Shown piece after piece: positions 1 through 12,452 of a DNA stretch of 64,000 nucleotides. Source of the DNA: Eremomyces bilateralis CBS 781.70. Its lineage: Eukaryota. Made by a program: the position numbers and the translations under genes. The notes below the pieces were generated by a model. It was not told the DNA's origin. It was given only the letters and a program-made list of their open reading frames with translations, and did not search any database. The DNA lies in NCBI GenBank assembly GCA_010015585.1, contig ML975174.1. One strand, given 5' to 3'. Within the stretch, counting starts at the first letter, position 1. The number at the start of each line of letters is the position of its first letter.

Positions 1-3000
1 TCATGGGCCCGGGCGTGGACGTGGACCGCCTGGTCGAAGAGCGCGAGAATATTGTCTACAACCGGATCCAGGCGCGGAAATCGGAGTTGGAGAAGCTGGG
101 TGCGAATATTGGATCCTGGGATTCACACCGATCCGCCACGCCGAAAGACGATGGGAAGTCAAAGCTGAAGGCTCTCATCGAATTCAAGAAGCTCAATCTC
201 CTGCCTCTGCAACGCAGGCTTCGACAGCAAATCAGCGCGGAGATGCTGCATGCCCACAACCTTGCGATGACGGCCAACCGTGGCATGTGTCGACGAATCA
301 AGAAACAGTCGTCGCGCGAAGCGCGCATCACCGAGAAGCTCGAGAAGCAGCAACGCGATGCCCGGGAGACCAAGGAGAAGAAGAAGCACAACGACTTCCT
401 GCGCGCTATCGTCGCGCACGCTGAGGAGGTCCGAGAGAATGCCGCCCGACATCGCGCCCGGACCGTGAAGCTTGGTCAGCTCATGCTGGCGACGCACCAA
501 AACATCAAGAAGGAAGAGGAGAAGCGCATTGAGCGAACGGCCAAGCAACGTCTGCAGGCGCTCCGGGCCAACGACGAGGAGACGTACCTCAAGTTGCTGG
601 GTCAAGCCAAGGACAGCCGTATCTCGCATTTGCTCCGACAGACCGACAGTTTCCTCAAACAGCTGGCGGCGTCGGTCAAGCGACAGCAGCGCGGTGCCAA
701 GGAGGACTACGTGGTGTCCGAAGACGAGGAAGAGGAGAGCGAGCTCTCCGAAACGGAAGATCACGAAGCTCGTGGCCGGCAGATCGACTACTACGAGGTG
801 GCTCATCGTGTCAAGGAGGATGTCAAGCAACAGTCGGGGAACCTCGTCGGTGGTACGCTCAAGGACTATCAACTTAAGGGTCTGCAGTGGATGATTTCCC
901 TGTACAACAACAACCTGAACGGGATTTTGGCCGACGAGATGGGTCTGGGGAAGACCATTCAAACCATCAGTCTCATCACGTACCTCATCGAGAAGAAGAA
1001 TCAACCCGGGCCTTTCCTTGTGATCGTGCCGCTAAGGTGAGTCCCCTCTGCCTAACCTTGACGCAAGCTAACCGATTTAGTACCCTTACGAATTGGAATA
1101 ATGAGTTCGAGAAATGGGCACCAAGCGTGCAGCGCATCGTCTACAAGGGCCCCCCTCTCGCTCGAAAACAACAGCAACAGCAAATCCGCTACGGGCAGTT
1201 CCAAGTCCTCCTCACCACCTACGAGTTCATCATCAAGGATCGTCCCATCCTGGCCAAAATCAAGTGGATGCATATGATCGTCGACGAGGGTCATCGCATG
1301 AAGAACGCCAATTCCAAACTCAGCTCCACCATCACGAATTACTACAGCACCAAATACCGCATTATCCTGACCGGGACGCCGTTGCAGAACAACCTCACCG
1401 AACTGTGGGCCATGCTCAACTTCGTCCTCCCGAACATCTTCAAATCCGCTAAATCCTTCGATGACTGGTTCAACACCCCGTTCGCCAACACGGGCGGTCA
1501 GGATCGCATCGAGCTGACCGAGGAAGAGCAGCTGCTCGTCATCCGTCGTCTGCACAAGGTGCTGCGTCCCTTCCTGCTGCGTCGTCTGAAGAAAGACGTC
1601 GAGAAGGACCTGCCGAACAAACAGGAGCGCGTCATCAAGTGCAACTTCTCGGCGCTGCAGGCGAAGCTGTACAAGCAACTGGTCACCCACAACCGGCTCA
1701 TGGTCAGCGATGGGAAGGGCGGGAAAACCGGGGTGCGTGGCTTGAGCAACATGCTGATGCAGCTGCGAAAACTGTGCAATCACCCCTTCGTCTTCGAGGA
1801 GGTCGAGGATCAAGTCAACCCGACGCGTCAGTCAAATGACCTGCTATGGCGCACCGCCGGAAAGTTCGAATTGCTGGATCGGATCCTGCCCAAGTTCCAA
1901 AAAACCGGGCATCGCGTCCTCATGTTCTTCCAGATGACGCAGATCATGAACATCATGGAGGACTTCATGCGGCTTCGCGGATACCAGTATCTCCGCCTGG
2001 ACGGATCCACCAAGTCCGAGGACCGATCCGAGCTCCTGCATCAATTCAATGCACCCGATTCCCCCTACTTCTGCTTCCTTCTCTCGACCCGCGCCGGTGG
2101 CCTCGGTTTGAATCTGCAGACAGCCGACACCGTCATCATCTACGACTCGGATTGGAATCCGCACCAGGATTTACAGGCACAGGATCGTGCGCATCGGATC
2201 GGGCAGAAGAACGAGGTGCGCATCCTGCGTCTCATCACTTCCAACTCCGTCGAAGAGAAGATTTTGGAGCGCGCCAATTTCAAGTTGGATATGGACGGGA
2301 AAATCATCCAAGCCGGTCGCTTCGACAACAAGTCCACCAACGAAGAGCGAGACGCCATGCTCCGCATCATGTTGGAGTCCGCTGAAGCCGCCGAGAGCCT
2401 CGAGCAAGAAGAGATGGACGACGACGATCTCAACCTTCTCATGATGCGCTCGGACGACGAGCTCCCCATCTTCCAGCAGATCGACGCCGAGCGCAACAAG
2501 TCTGGCATATACGGCCCCGACAAGAAACTCCCCCGCCTCCTCGGCGAAAACGAGCTCCCGGAGATCTACCTCAACGAAGACGTCCCCATTCAAGAGGAAG
2601 TCGAGGAGATCACTGGCCGCGGCGCCCGTGAGCGCACCCGCGTCAAGTATGACGACGGCCTCACCGAGGAGCAGTGGCTCGAAGCCGTCGACGACGACGA
2701 AGACACCATCGAGGCCGCCGTCGCCCGTAAGGAAGCCCGCATCGCCAAGCGCGTCTCCAACAAGGAAAAACGCGGCCAAGGCTCCCAGCTCGGCACCGAC
2801 TCACCCGCCCCCTCTCGCGAGAGCTCCGAGGAACCTGTCCTCCCCAAGAAGCGCGGCCGCAAACCCAAGTCTGAGAAGCGCAAAGTCGACGACGCGTCCC
2901 TCGACGGCGACGTGCCGCAGCCGCCGAAGAAGCGCGGACGGCAGGCGAAGCCGGCGGAAACGCTGTCCAAACCGCAGCGGGAGGCTCTGCAGGACATCGT

Positions 3001-3513
3001 GAACGCGGTGTTCAAGGTGCTCGACGGGCTGGAGGAGCAGTCGGACGACCCCGAGGTGCCGGACCGCGGGATCATCGACCCGTTTATCGACCTGCCCGAC
3101 AAGTCGCTATACCCTGACTACTACCGGATTATCGCCCGGCCGATCTGTATGAAGATGGTGCAGAAGCGGATCAACCGCCGCGAGTATCAGAGTCTGCGGG
3201 AGTTCCGGCAGGATATCGGGACGCTGTGCGGGAATTGTCGGACGTATAACGAGGATGGGAGCTTGTTGTATCAGGATGCGAACTTGATTGAGGTATGTTG
3301 ATCCTCCGTCCCCCCTACTCATTCCACGTATTTCGCAACGGAAATCTGATTTTTGTCGATTAGGAAACCTGCATCAAGCACCTCAAAGACGAGGCCGCCA
3401 AACACCCCGAATTCGACTGGGGTGACATCGACGAGCCGGACACCGACCTCCCCGACGGCACCACCGCACCCGTCTCCAGCGTCGGCACGCCGCTTGCGTC
3501 TGGGAAGGGGTAG
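1..3513 (+). CDS. SNF2: SWI/SNF-RSC chromatin-remodelling ATPase (Snf2/Sth1/Snf21 family), 5'-partial; exons <1-1036, 1081-3292, 3364-3513
   Basis: HSA-like region; [12 protein letters not shown] (Walker A), DEGH box, [11 protein letters not shown] and [11 protein letters not shown] helicase motifs; C-terminal bromodomain (YPDYY..I..PI, NCRTYN). Introns 1037-1080 (GTGAGT..GCTAAC..TAG) and 3293-3363 join the ORFs in frame; stop TAG at 3511-3513. Confidence 0.95.
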
Positions 3514-5491
3514 CTCGACCCGCGGACCAAGATAAAACTTGACGGTTCTCGCTCGTCGGGGTTGTTTGCGATGTGGGATGGATGGATGGAGGAGGTGCGT
3601 GAAGGTTGGTTCGTGCTTTCGGCGTTATTAGACCTGTGGCACTACTCACTGGGGATGGCGTATCGGTAGGATGGCGACCGGCGACTGGTGGATCGCGAAT
3701 ACTGGGAGTGAAAAGGCGAATGAAGGACACGGGGGTTTTTTTTACGATGCAATACACTAGGTACATGGACTACATGTTTCACCGCCGCCTAGCATAGTTT
3801 AATGTCATCCGCAAAATGCAGTTTCTGCGCTGGAGTAGATCTACCAAGCGGAGGCTCTTCGTGTTGAATAATATCAAGTTTCGTAATGACGACGAATGGA
3901 CGTGGATGCAGGAGGGGTGCTTTCTTCATCGTACGAAGCGTAATACAGCATTCGACTGGACGGCTCCGTCGTTGTGGTGCGGTGTCATTCGGCTTTGTCT
4001 CCTCCATCTTTTCCGTGATGAGATCAGAGACAGAGATGGATGAATGGATGGATGGGCGCATTGCTGGTCGAGGTTGATTCATGGGTTAGGCTTCATGCAT
4101 GTTAACTAGTTATGAGGAACATTTGAATTTTAATGAGACGGCGATGGGCATGAGATGGGGGTATATTTTGGTGCAGCTACTTGTACATGATGGATTCAGC
4201 TCGTTTGCTTGCCCGTGAAAGTTATCCGTCCCTCCGTCCAACCCGCCCATATATGAGTGTCGAAGAGCATCGCGCTACTTGACATGAGTGTTGGGGTCCC
4301 TTGCCGTTGAACAATCCCTCCGTCGTACTCTCTCGATCCAGGCAAACTCCAAGGCGATGGACTGCCCCCGGCTTCTCAATCAATGGCAACTCGCGGCCAC
4401 GACGATAGGAAGTCGTCACGGGGGCGATACGATGATCAGGTGGAGGAGCTTGCGGTCCGGCTAGTGCTGGGAGGTTCGCCATGGAGGGACCGGCGTTAGT
4501 GGCAATCTGCGGCTAGGCGAGTGCTAGAGCGTCCTGTGTCGACGGCCTGCAAGTGGGGTTTGGAGGGAGTAGCCGATCGTATTGGCCACTCGGACCTGCG
4601 GCATACAGGTTCGGAGGCATCGGCGCGTATGGGTCCGGGAGGAACGGCGGTTGTACGGGGCAGGGGATCCGAGGGATTCAGATGGAGGCATGCGGTACGG
4701 CCGGAAACGTCTGGCAGCATTGGCGGGTGGATTGGCCGCCGCCACCGCCGGAGATCCGCGTGGGGTGAGGGGAGCTGGTGCTAGTCGCTTCAGCGAAGGG
4801 GGGCTGAGAGGTGGTTCCCCTTGCTGTGCAGGATCTCTGCCTCCGGGAGCGGCCATTGCTAGGGATGGTGGATGAGGGGGGTGGTGGTGTGAAGATAGAT
4901 GGTGGGGATAGATGGTGGGGATAGATGTTGAAGATGCGAAAGTGTGTGGAAAGTAGGGAAATGATGAGTTGTCCGGCGGGGTTGCCGAGAAGGTGAGAGT
5001 TGACGGCGATTGTCGACTGAAGGGAAAATAGGAAAAAATCAAGACTCCAGTGAACATTGGAGTCTCAGGGGCAACAGAGAGTTGTGTCCGGCCATGCGAC
5101 AGTGCTCGTGAAATGTGAATCCGTCTCCGCCCCTTTCGATTCTAAACCGCTTCGGGGTGGAAGCAATGGATGCTCATTCGCCTTGGATGTCCTCCTCCAG
5201 TCCCCGTAGAGATTGTCCATGTAATTGCCGACTTTCTTGATCAAGGGAGATGTACGACGGTAATCCTCTAAGAGTTTTGATGCCTTCGGGGTACACTTCA
5301 GGACCATCAACTTCTTCAACGCAGATGCCGCAACATATCCCTTCTACTCCCTCGAAGCATTTGAATCTTGCGAGGCAGCAGCAGTCCGGATGGGTAGGTC
5401 TAAAGGCCTGGATTGCATATATATAAGTCAAGATCTTGACGGATTGTTGTTCGTGGCCATCGAAAGGTCTCCTAGTCCGGGATGGGCCGTC

Positions 5492-5770
5492 GTTTTCGTG
5501 GAGTCGATCAGTCCGCAAGTCTATCCCATGCCGACGAGCCACGAGCCCATCCGACAAGTTCTCTCGGAATACTTCCCGGGATTTTAAATCTATCGGTGGT
5601 CGCATGCATTGCGGTCCGTAGCCATCGAAGCGCCACCAGTCCGATATGGATCGTCATTTTCCTAGAGTCGATCGTCCGCAAGTCCATCCATGCTGACGAG
5701 CTACCCGCTCATCCAACAAGTCCTCCCGGCATGCTACCCGGGATTTTAAATCCATCCGTGGTGGCCCGCA
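5492..5770. repeat. Imperfect direct tandem duplication (~120 bp unit) spanning the MMM1 stop codon and 3' UTR
   Basis: GAGTCGATC(A)GTCCGCAAGTCyATCC(C)ATGCyGACGAGC...CATCCrACAAGT...CCCGGGATTTTAAATC occurs at ~5500-5600 and again at ~5665-5765. Confidence 0.8.
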
Positions 5771-7203
5771 TCTCCGATTCGCGGCTGCGAGAACCCGCAC
5801 TTCGGAACCGCAAACCCTCGTCAGCGTCACGGCTTCGAGCCTCCGAGTCGCGGAGACGGAGACCCTCGTCGGGCGCGCGGTGCTCGATGTCGTCGGCATT
5901 GGGGTCCCGGGCGGAACTGCTTGTCCTTAGATGGTCGTGGTCAGGGGCAGCGTGGTTCTCGCCTTGGGCGGTTGAGGGTCTCCTGTGACCTCTGCTTCGA
6001 TCTCGGCCACGCATCTTGCTGTCGCTTCGGCTTTCGCGAGCCGTCTCCTCGGGAGCTGTCGACTGTCTGTCATCGCTGTCGTCAGGCTCGCCGCCCCTAG
6101 CATTGCGCATCCGGGGCCAGAGACTCGGGAGCGCGACCTGTTGGAACCGTGGGCTGACGACGCGGTCTTCGAACCATCGCCGCACCTGGGCCTCGATAAG
6201 CTCTGCCAGCTTTGGCAGGTTCGTCAATCGAGCGCGAGAGCCAACTAGTGAAGACGTCCGAAGAGCAAGGGTGTAGTTGGGATGGAAGGTGAACGTCAAC
6301 GCGGTAGAGTTCCGCGTTGGTGACGAGGGCTGAGGAGACGGCGAGGTCGGCATCCTATGAGTGGGAGTAGGGCTGGATAGAGTCGAATTACCCTCTTCGG
6401 CTCCTGATGGAATGGAGACAAGTGATAAAGAGAGCTAGCAACCATGGTTAGTGTAAGCCCTGAAAGGGGGTGGCGTTTTGGTCTGCACATACCGTCCCGC
6501 TGAATCTCACTACAGATACGGCCAGCGCCACTGGAAGGACTGCAATCAGGGGCTTTGGATAGTTCAACCTCACGGTCGTCTCTACTCCAAGCGTGATCAC
6601 ATCGCCCAAGTCCACGTCCATCTGCGCCTGCAATCTGGCCCCCTCGCCGGCGCTAACCCCCATTCCGACATGGCCATTCTCGCCCTCCTCCACCGGAATC
6701 ACTCGACAGTTGCTGAAGATGGGGAATTCCTCGCCCAGGGCGATTTCGGTGATCCGCATATCGCCGACCCAGCTGGGTTTCAATGGTCCATTTAGCACGG
6801 ACTCCAAACTGCGAACAATAGCGCCTTCATGAAGGGCATCCGCACGGAGCTGTGCGAGCGTCTGCGCAACGAGGACGTTGAACCAGTCTAGCGATTCTGG
6901 GGGGTGAGAGGCCGTATTGTAATACGTTTTGGAGAGGATTAATGGGGTGCTGGGGGGTAGGGTTGAAAAGGTGGTGGACGGCCGGTGTCGCAATGTATTG
7001 TTCGCCCCTCCAGAGGCAGATCGAGAATATGTCCGCGAATGTGAGGAGGAATATGGTCGATGGGATGGTCGCAAGCTGTCGGATGTGGATGGTTCTCCAA
7101 AGATGAAGAATTTGATGAACGCGAAGATAATCACGGCTAAGGTGAGCTGTCCCAGGATGAAACCCTGGGTGAAGGTTGGAACGAAGCTGGAGGACTCTGG
7201 CAT
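5709..7203 (-). CDS. MMM1: ERMES complex subunit Mmm1; exons 7203-6493, 6434-5709
   Basis: TFTQGFILGQL TM segment, IKFFIFGE, HPPESLDWFNVLVAQT, LGEEFPIFSNCR, LNYPKPLIAVLPVAL, SLVGSRARL.NLPKLAEL, PRFQQVALPSLWP. Intron 6435-6492 (GTATGT..CTAAC..TAG) restores frame. Confidence 0.95.
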
Positions 7204-7690
7204 GGTTGATAGTGCTTCCAATCCTTATTATGGGCTATCCCTTACAGATAGCTACTGGCATGTACCCGAGGCCATTGCTTGTCGTCGTTGACGGGGCCGA
7301 TAGTATGAATCTGGGTGGGAAAGGATGGGAAGTCACCATCAACTGGCAGCCCCGGGGGAAGACTCAACCGCTGCAGTACCCCCTCTGGAGTCAATAAAAA
7401 ATGGGATCGGTAACTCATATATTCCAAGAATGCTCGTGAACGATTGCGGATGTGACATGGTAGATGCAAGTGATATTGACGTCCGAACGGGGTTTTTATT
7501 TGCTATGAGCTATTGACTAGGATTGGTTCCACGGTTTTAGCTCCCGCTTCCCGAGCATTGCTAATCTGAACGCCCTCCCTCTCCCGGTCTAATCCCCCAG
7601 TGGCATACCACACGTAAAACGTACCTCCCTTGAAGATGTTCCTACCTGAAGCAAGGACGACATTGCCCTGAAGCATCACTACCGCAGAAA

Positions 7691-9113
7691 ATGGCTGAAC
7701 ACCACTGCGGGGGCTCTCAGGACTCCCCGAGACCCCGTACCAGCCCCCCGTCCGCCGTGACCCTCCGCCTTCCTCCCACTACCGAACCCCCCAGCGACTC
7801 GAATCCGCCAAAGCAGAAGACATGGCTCATCTTTGGGGCAACAGGGCACATGGGACGGTCCCTCGTCAGGTGCTGTCTGTCTCACGGTGATAGGGTATCT
7901 GCGGTGGGCTGGACGAAGGAGCACACGCTCCAGCAGATGCAGAACGCGAAGCCCGGCGAGCGGAACTATCATGGCCTGCTGTGTGATGTGCGGGTTCGAG
8001 AGACGGTGGATGCAGCAGTTCAGGCGGCTATCAAGCACTGGAAGGCATTTGACATCGTTGTGAAGTAAGTACTCCTCGATGGTATTAACCCAGTTATATT
8101 TGGTGCTACTTGACCGCTGTCTTTGATGGACATTATGCTGACCGTGCATGCGCTTCTGATAGTTGTACAGGCTACGGTGAGTTTAACAATGACTCCTACA
8201 CGGTGACAACTGACTAGAACTTTCCATGTAGGAGTTATCGGGGCTTGCGAAGATCAAGATACACACGACTTACGAAATCAATTTGAAACGAACTTCCTCG
8301 GCACCTTGAACATCATCCAGCTCTCCCTCCCCTACTTCCGTGAGCGCGCCGAATCTCTGTTGGCCGCCGTACCGGAAAAATCAAAGAGTGGAAGCGCACA
8401 AGTCGCCCCTTTCCCCTGCCGGTACATCATTTTCAGTAGCACTTCCGGCGCACTCGGCGTCCCGGGACTAGGCCCCTACTGCGCGACGAAATATGCAGTG
8501 GAAGGACTGATTGAGAGCATGCTATATGAAATCGACTCTTTCGGCATCAAGGCAAGCTTGATCGAACCAGGGCACGTCCGTCTGGACGACCACCTCGCTG
8601 ACGGACCGGAAACGCAACCGCTGTTTAACAGCCCTGTGGCTAGCTCCGTCGTTCCTCCGGAAACCGACACCGGATTGAAGAATTCAAAAGGTCTGTCACC
8701 AGGAAAACCGCGGCGATGGCAAGCGTTCCTGGTCAAGCCGCCGTCGGCGCCGTACGATAGTCCTACTGCACCGTCAGCGCATGCCAAGCGAGTGGTCCAG
8801 TGGCTCAACGATCGGCAACCTACCTCGGCAGTCAAGAGTGCGGAACTCGTCTGGCAGCTGGGCCATTGCAGTTATCCTCCCTTGCGGCTGTTGCTGGGCG
8901 GTTTCGCCGTCGAGAGTGTCCGGGACCGACTGCGCTGTGTCACCGAGGAGGTATGTTTCCTTTTGAAATTCCTGTGCTCCACCCCCCAAGCTCTGTTCAG
9001 CGTTATTTGGGGCCGTTGCTGTGAGGCTTGAATATGTACTAATTGCTTCTTCGAGCTAGATCGAAGACTGGAAGCACCTGAATTTCCCGATCCCCGAAGA
9101 CGAGTCTGAATAA
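7691..9113 (+). CDS. Short-chain dehydrogenase/reductase; exons 7691-8064, 8163-8176 (14-nt micro-exon), 8232-8950, 9060-9113
   Basis: WLIFGATGHMGRSL Rossmann motif, spliced VVNCTGYGVIGACED, FETNFLG, catalytic S..YCATK, PPLRLLLG; all three introns GT..AG with branch-point-like sequences. Confidence 0.88.
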
Positions 9114-9625
9114 CGACCCGATTCGCCGAATCTAGATGTTGGTGCCGTTGCCGCGGACCCGAGGGGACGGCGGGACTCGAAAGCCATTCTCTTGCGTCGT
9201 TGGGGCGAAAGATGGTGCCGAAGGATGTAGCTGTCCAATGTTCCGGCCGTAGATCTCGATAACCCTGGTGGGTTGTTCCCTATCTAAACAAAAACCCAAG
9301 TCCGGTGGAGTTTCGGGGAGAGCTGGTAATATTTGGGAAAGTGCCCAGAGCGGATTCGTCGAACAGCTGGAAGACTTGTCCACCATTGGGGTCGAATTCG
9401 TCACCGAGACCCTCGTCCATCATATGGTCAGGGGAGTTGGTGTCCCCATGGAGAGTAGTTGGTGATGTCGAGGAACACTCGTTCAGCAACGCTGTTGCTG
9501 ACCATACATGGGAGAAATGCGATTATATGTTGAGAGAATAAGGAGAAGAGCACCATATACACGGCTATATTCTTGTTGCCTCACAACAGGTTATATGGTT
9601 GGATGCGGACTTGATCGAGCAAAAT

Positions 9626-11180
9626 CTACCCATCAACCGCGAGAAGTTCCCCAACAAAACGACGCCGACTCTCGTGCTTCGTCAGGTCACAAGGTCGATT
9701 GAACTCTTTTTCGCAACTCGGATAGAGACATGCGACAGGGTGCCGAAGACCGAGAGAGCTTCTCCCTGCGGGCAGCTCCCCGATAAAGCGACGCCGACTC
9801 TCCTCGTGCTTAGTCAAGTCACAAGGACGATTGAACTCCTTGTCCCAACTCGGACAGAGACAAGCGACATCGTGCAGAGGACTGAGAGAGCTTCCCCCGG
9901 CGAGCCATCGAGCGGTGGACGCTGTCGTCATCCGACTCCCTGAAGCGGGACGCTTGAATGTTTGCTTTTGGCTGAACTATACGGAATGAAGGGAGGCGCC
10001 AGGAGTCGAGGCGATGATGGAATCCTCGTTCGATGCTATATAATCGAAGTTCAGGAAGATGCTCGAGCCCCAGCCAGCTGCTGCTGCTGGTTTTGTCGCA
10101 CCATTGCCGTTGACCGGCTTTCCGGCCGACCCATTTGAGGGCATCGGATACAACGCTGGATTATTGAGGTTTGGGTAGCCCATACGGTGACTAGCTCAAG
10201 ACTTTCCGGAGATACCATGGCGCTGGTCCACTCACCATCTGAGTATCGCGACTTCATCAACCAGATTTAGATGATTGGGTACATTAAGCAGACAAGGTAG
10301 CCCGCCGAGAGATTGGGACAGTCCCCAATGGAAATTCTCTGCGAGCTCCTCCGGCATGCCAACGCCCGTCATCGCGTACCGCTGTGCCGCAGTGTGTAGC
10401 CACGCTTCTGGTCGTGGCTCCCCGTACTGTGTTCAGGGTGAAATGGTCGTCGCAGCTACCATGGTCATGGTCCGCAAGGCCGCGCGTAGCCGCGCTCTTG
10501 TTGAGGGAGGAGGGAGGGGGCTTGCGTCTGATGTTTTCGAGGGATCTATGGAACGTCTGATTGATCACTGCACTTGGGACAGTTGTGGATGACATCTGAC
10601 GGTGGCTCATAGTTCGTCGTCTTTCCCCGACGGCAGAAGTGCACACTCTCGTCGTCCAAGTCCCTACCTGGACTCTTGGCCAAGATTTGTTTGGCTTCGA
10701 CGTGGTGGAGCTGACTTTCTGCAGCGATGAGGGTTTGCTAAGTCCTCCCACTTTGGGCAGTGGTGGATGACGTCCGACGGTGGCTCGTTCCATGTCTTCT
10801 TCCCGCGCTGGCAAGAAGTGTGCACCTTCGTCGTCCGAGTCCGTAACCGGCCGCCTCACGGGGCTTGGTTTCGCTTGGACGTGGTGCAGTTGACTTTTGG
10901 CAGCGATGGGGATTTGCCTAGTCGAAGCGCCCGGCAACTCGAACTCCTTGTCCCAGTTGGCCACGATTATGGAGGGTGGTGCGGCTCGTTCTTCTTCCTA
11001 ACAGCTATTGAGCGATATATACTTTTCCTTTTCCTTTTTCGGAATTCCTGAAATTCTGGTTTCTCGAAGACTATAGCTTTGTGCTCAGGGGGTGGAGCTG
11101 GCCCACAACAGCGACAAGGAATCTGATTCGGCATACAGCATGTCCAGCTGAACTCCTTGTCGCAATTTTGATATGGTTTT
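9626..11180 (-). pseudogene. Degenerate/rearranged C2H2 transcription-factor relic with Ace1/SltA-like finger fragments
   Basis: Two copies of C-x4-[C/W]-[DE]KEFNRPCDLTKHE in ORF 9626-9931, both lacking the last His; further WDKEF (~10950) and PYQNCDKEF (~11150-11175) fragments; no continuous spliceable ORF found. Confidence 0.5.
9638..9900. repeat. Imperfect tandem duplication, ~130 bp unit, each unit encoding one zinc-finger fragment
   Basis: GACGCCGACTCTC..GTGCTT.GTCArGTCACAAGG.CGATTGAACTC.TT.TC.CAACTCGGAyAGAGACA.GCGACA...GACyGAGAGAGCTTC occurs twice. Confidence 0.85.
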
Positions 11181-12452
11181 ATGGCATCGAGAGGGGGCTA
11201 TTGAGCCTAGTCTTCCCGCCTCCTAGACGGCGTTTCAGAGTCCTCAGACCTGCCCGCATCATTCCCGCCTCAATATATATTTCCTCTATATGCAGTTGAT
11301 ACGTTTTTCAGTTTGTTATGTGTCATACACATGTCTTTGAAAAGCCCCCCGATGTCTTTTTGGCTCGGGTTCAAGTTCGAATAATATACAAGAGAAAAGC
11401 CCACGATGAAATTTCTGACTCCATGGGCAGCAGTTGCCTTCCTGAAATTGTTTTATGTCTTCTGCGTGTCTTTGAAAAGAGAAAGGATTTTGAGGTTGCT
11501 TTTCCATACCCACTGGCGAGGATCTGGTCGGCGGGTTGGTCGGCGATGAATGAAGATGCTCCGCTAATAGCGGTACTAGTAACTAGAGAGACTGCGTCTG
11601 GCCAAGGATCGAATACCAGGGAGGAGTGAGACGATTGCTTGACGACGATTCGCACCGGGGTATTCAGATACCTGTCAAGGCTATAAGTTCAGTTTCGCAT
11701 TGGTGACTTAGAGGTTGGTCCTCCGGCTGCCGCATTGTTCTCAACGACGTCGTTCTTCTCGACAACGTCCTCGCCGATATCTCAACGACGATGTTCCCGA
11801 TGATGTCCCCGACAACATCCTCGGCCACGTTCTTGACAATGTTCTTCTCGAGGACCTTTCCCTTGACGATGTTCCGAGATGTGAAGATACCCCCCCAACT
11901 CATGGCCAACGAGCACGCGAACAGCTCAAAGGGGCCCTGATTCGGAAGAGGAAATCTTGTTCGACGGCCAGAAAAAAGATACGTTTAGAATCCATATCGT
12001 CCACCATCGATACTCTGAAAGCTGCCAGGGCGGCAGTTGTGAAAAACGATGGGAAGACGCTTTATCCACCGCACGATGCGTGTCATCTCGACTACGACTT
12101 TCTCCATCCCTCTTCCCTCTTCTTCCGTCTTTTAGAACCGCACCACGCCAAGGTCTCCGAGGGGGCCAAGACAATGAATCATGTGAAAGAATAGATAATT
12201 AAGATATTTTGAAGTCGAATAGTTTTCATTGCCATCATTCACGCAATGTGTCGTGAAAGTCTATCATACATACATGCTTATCGCTCTCCTAGCAGCCGTA
12301 TCTGCTCATTTGAGTCCGTCGTTAGGTATGCTGGATGCTACCTGCACCTGTGCTGTCTTCTCATACATCCATTAAACCGGAAACAGAAACATAATATACA
12401 ATCTTCCCTCATCGCCTCATGCCTCATGCCTCACGACTCTCAAATCCAATCC

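Noticed and set aside
159..2779. Long antisense ORFs opposite SNF2 (also opposite SMC2, MDJ1, LysRS and Snt1)
   Set aside because: Expected shadow frames of GC-rich, codon-biased genes; no independent motifs.
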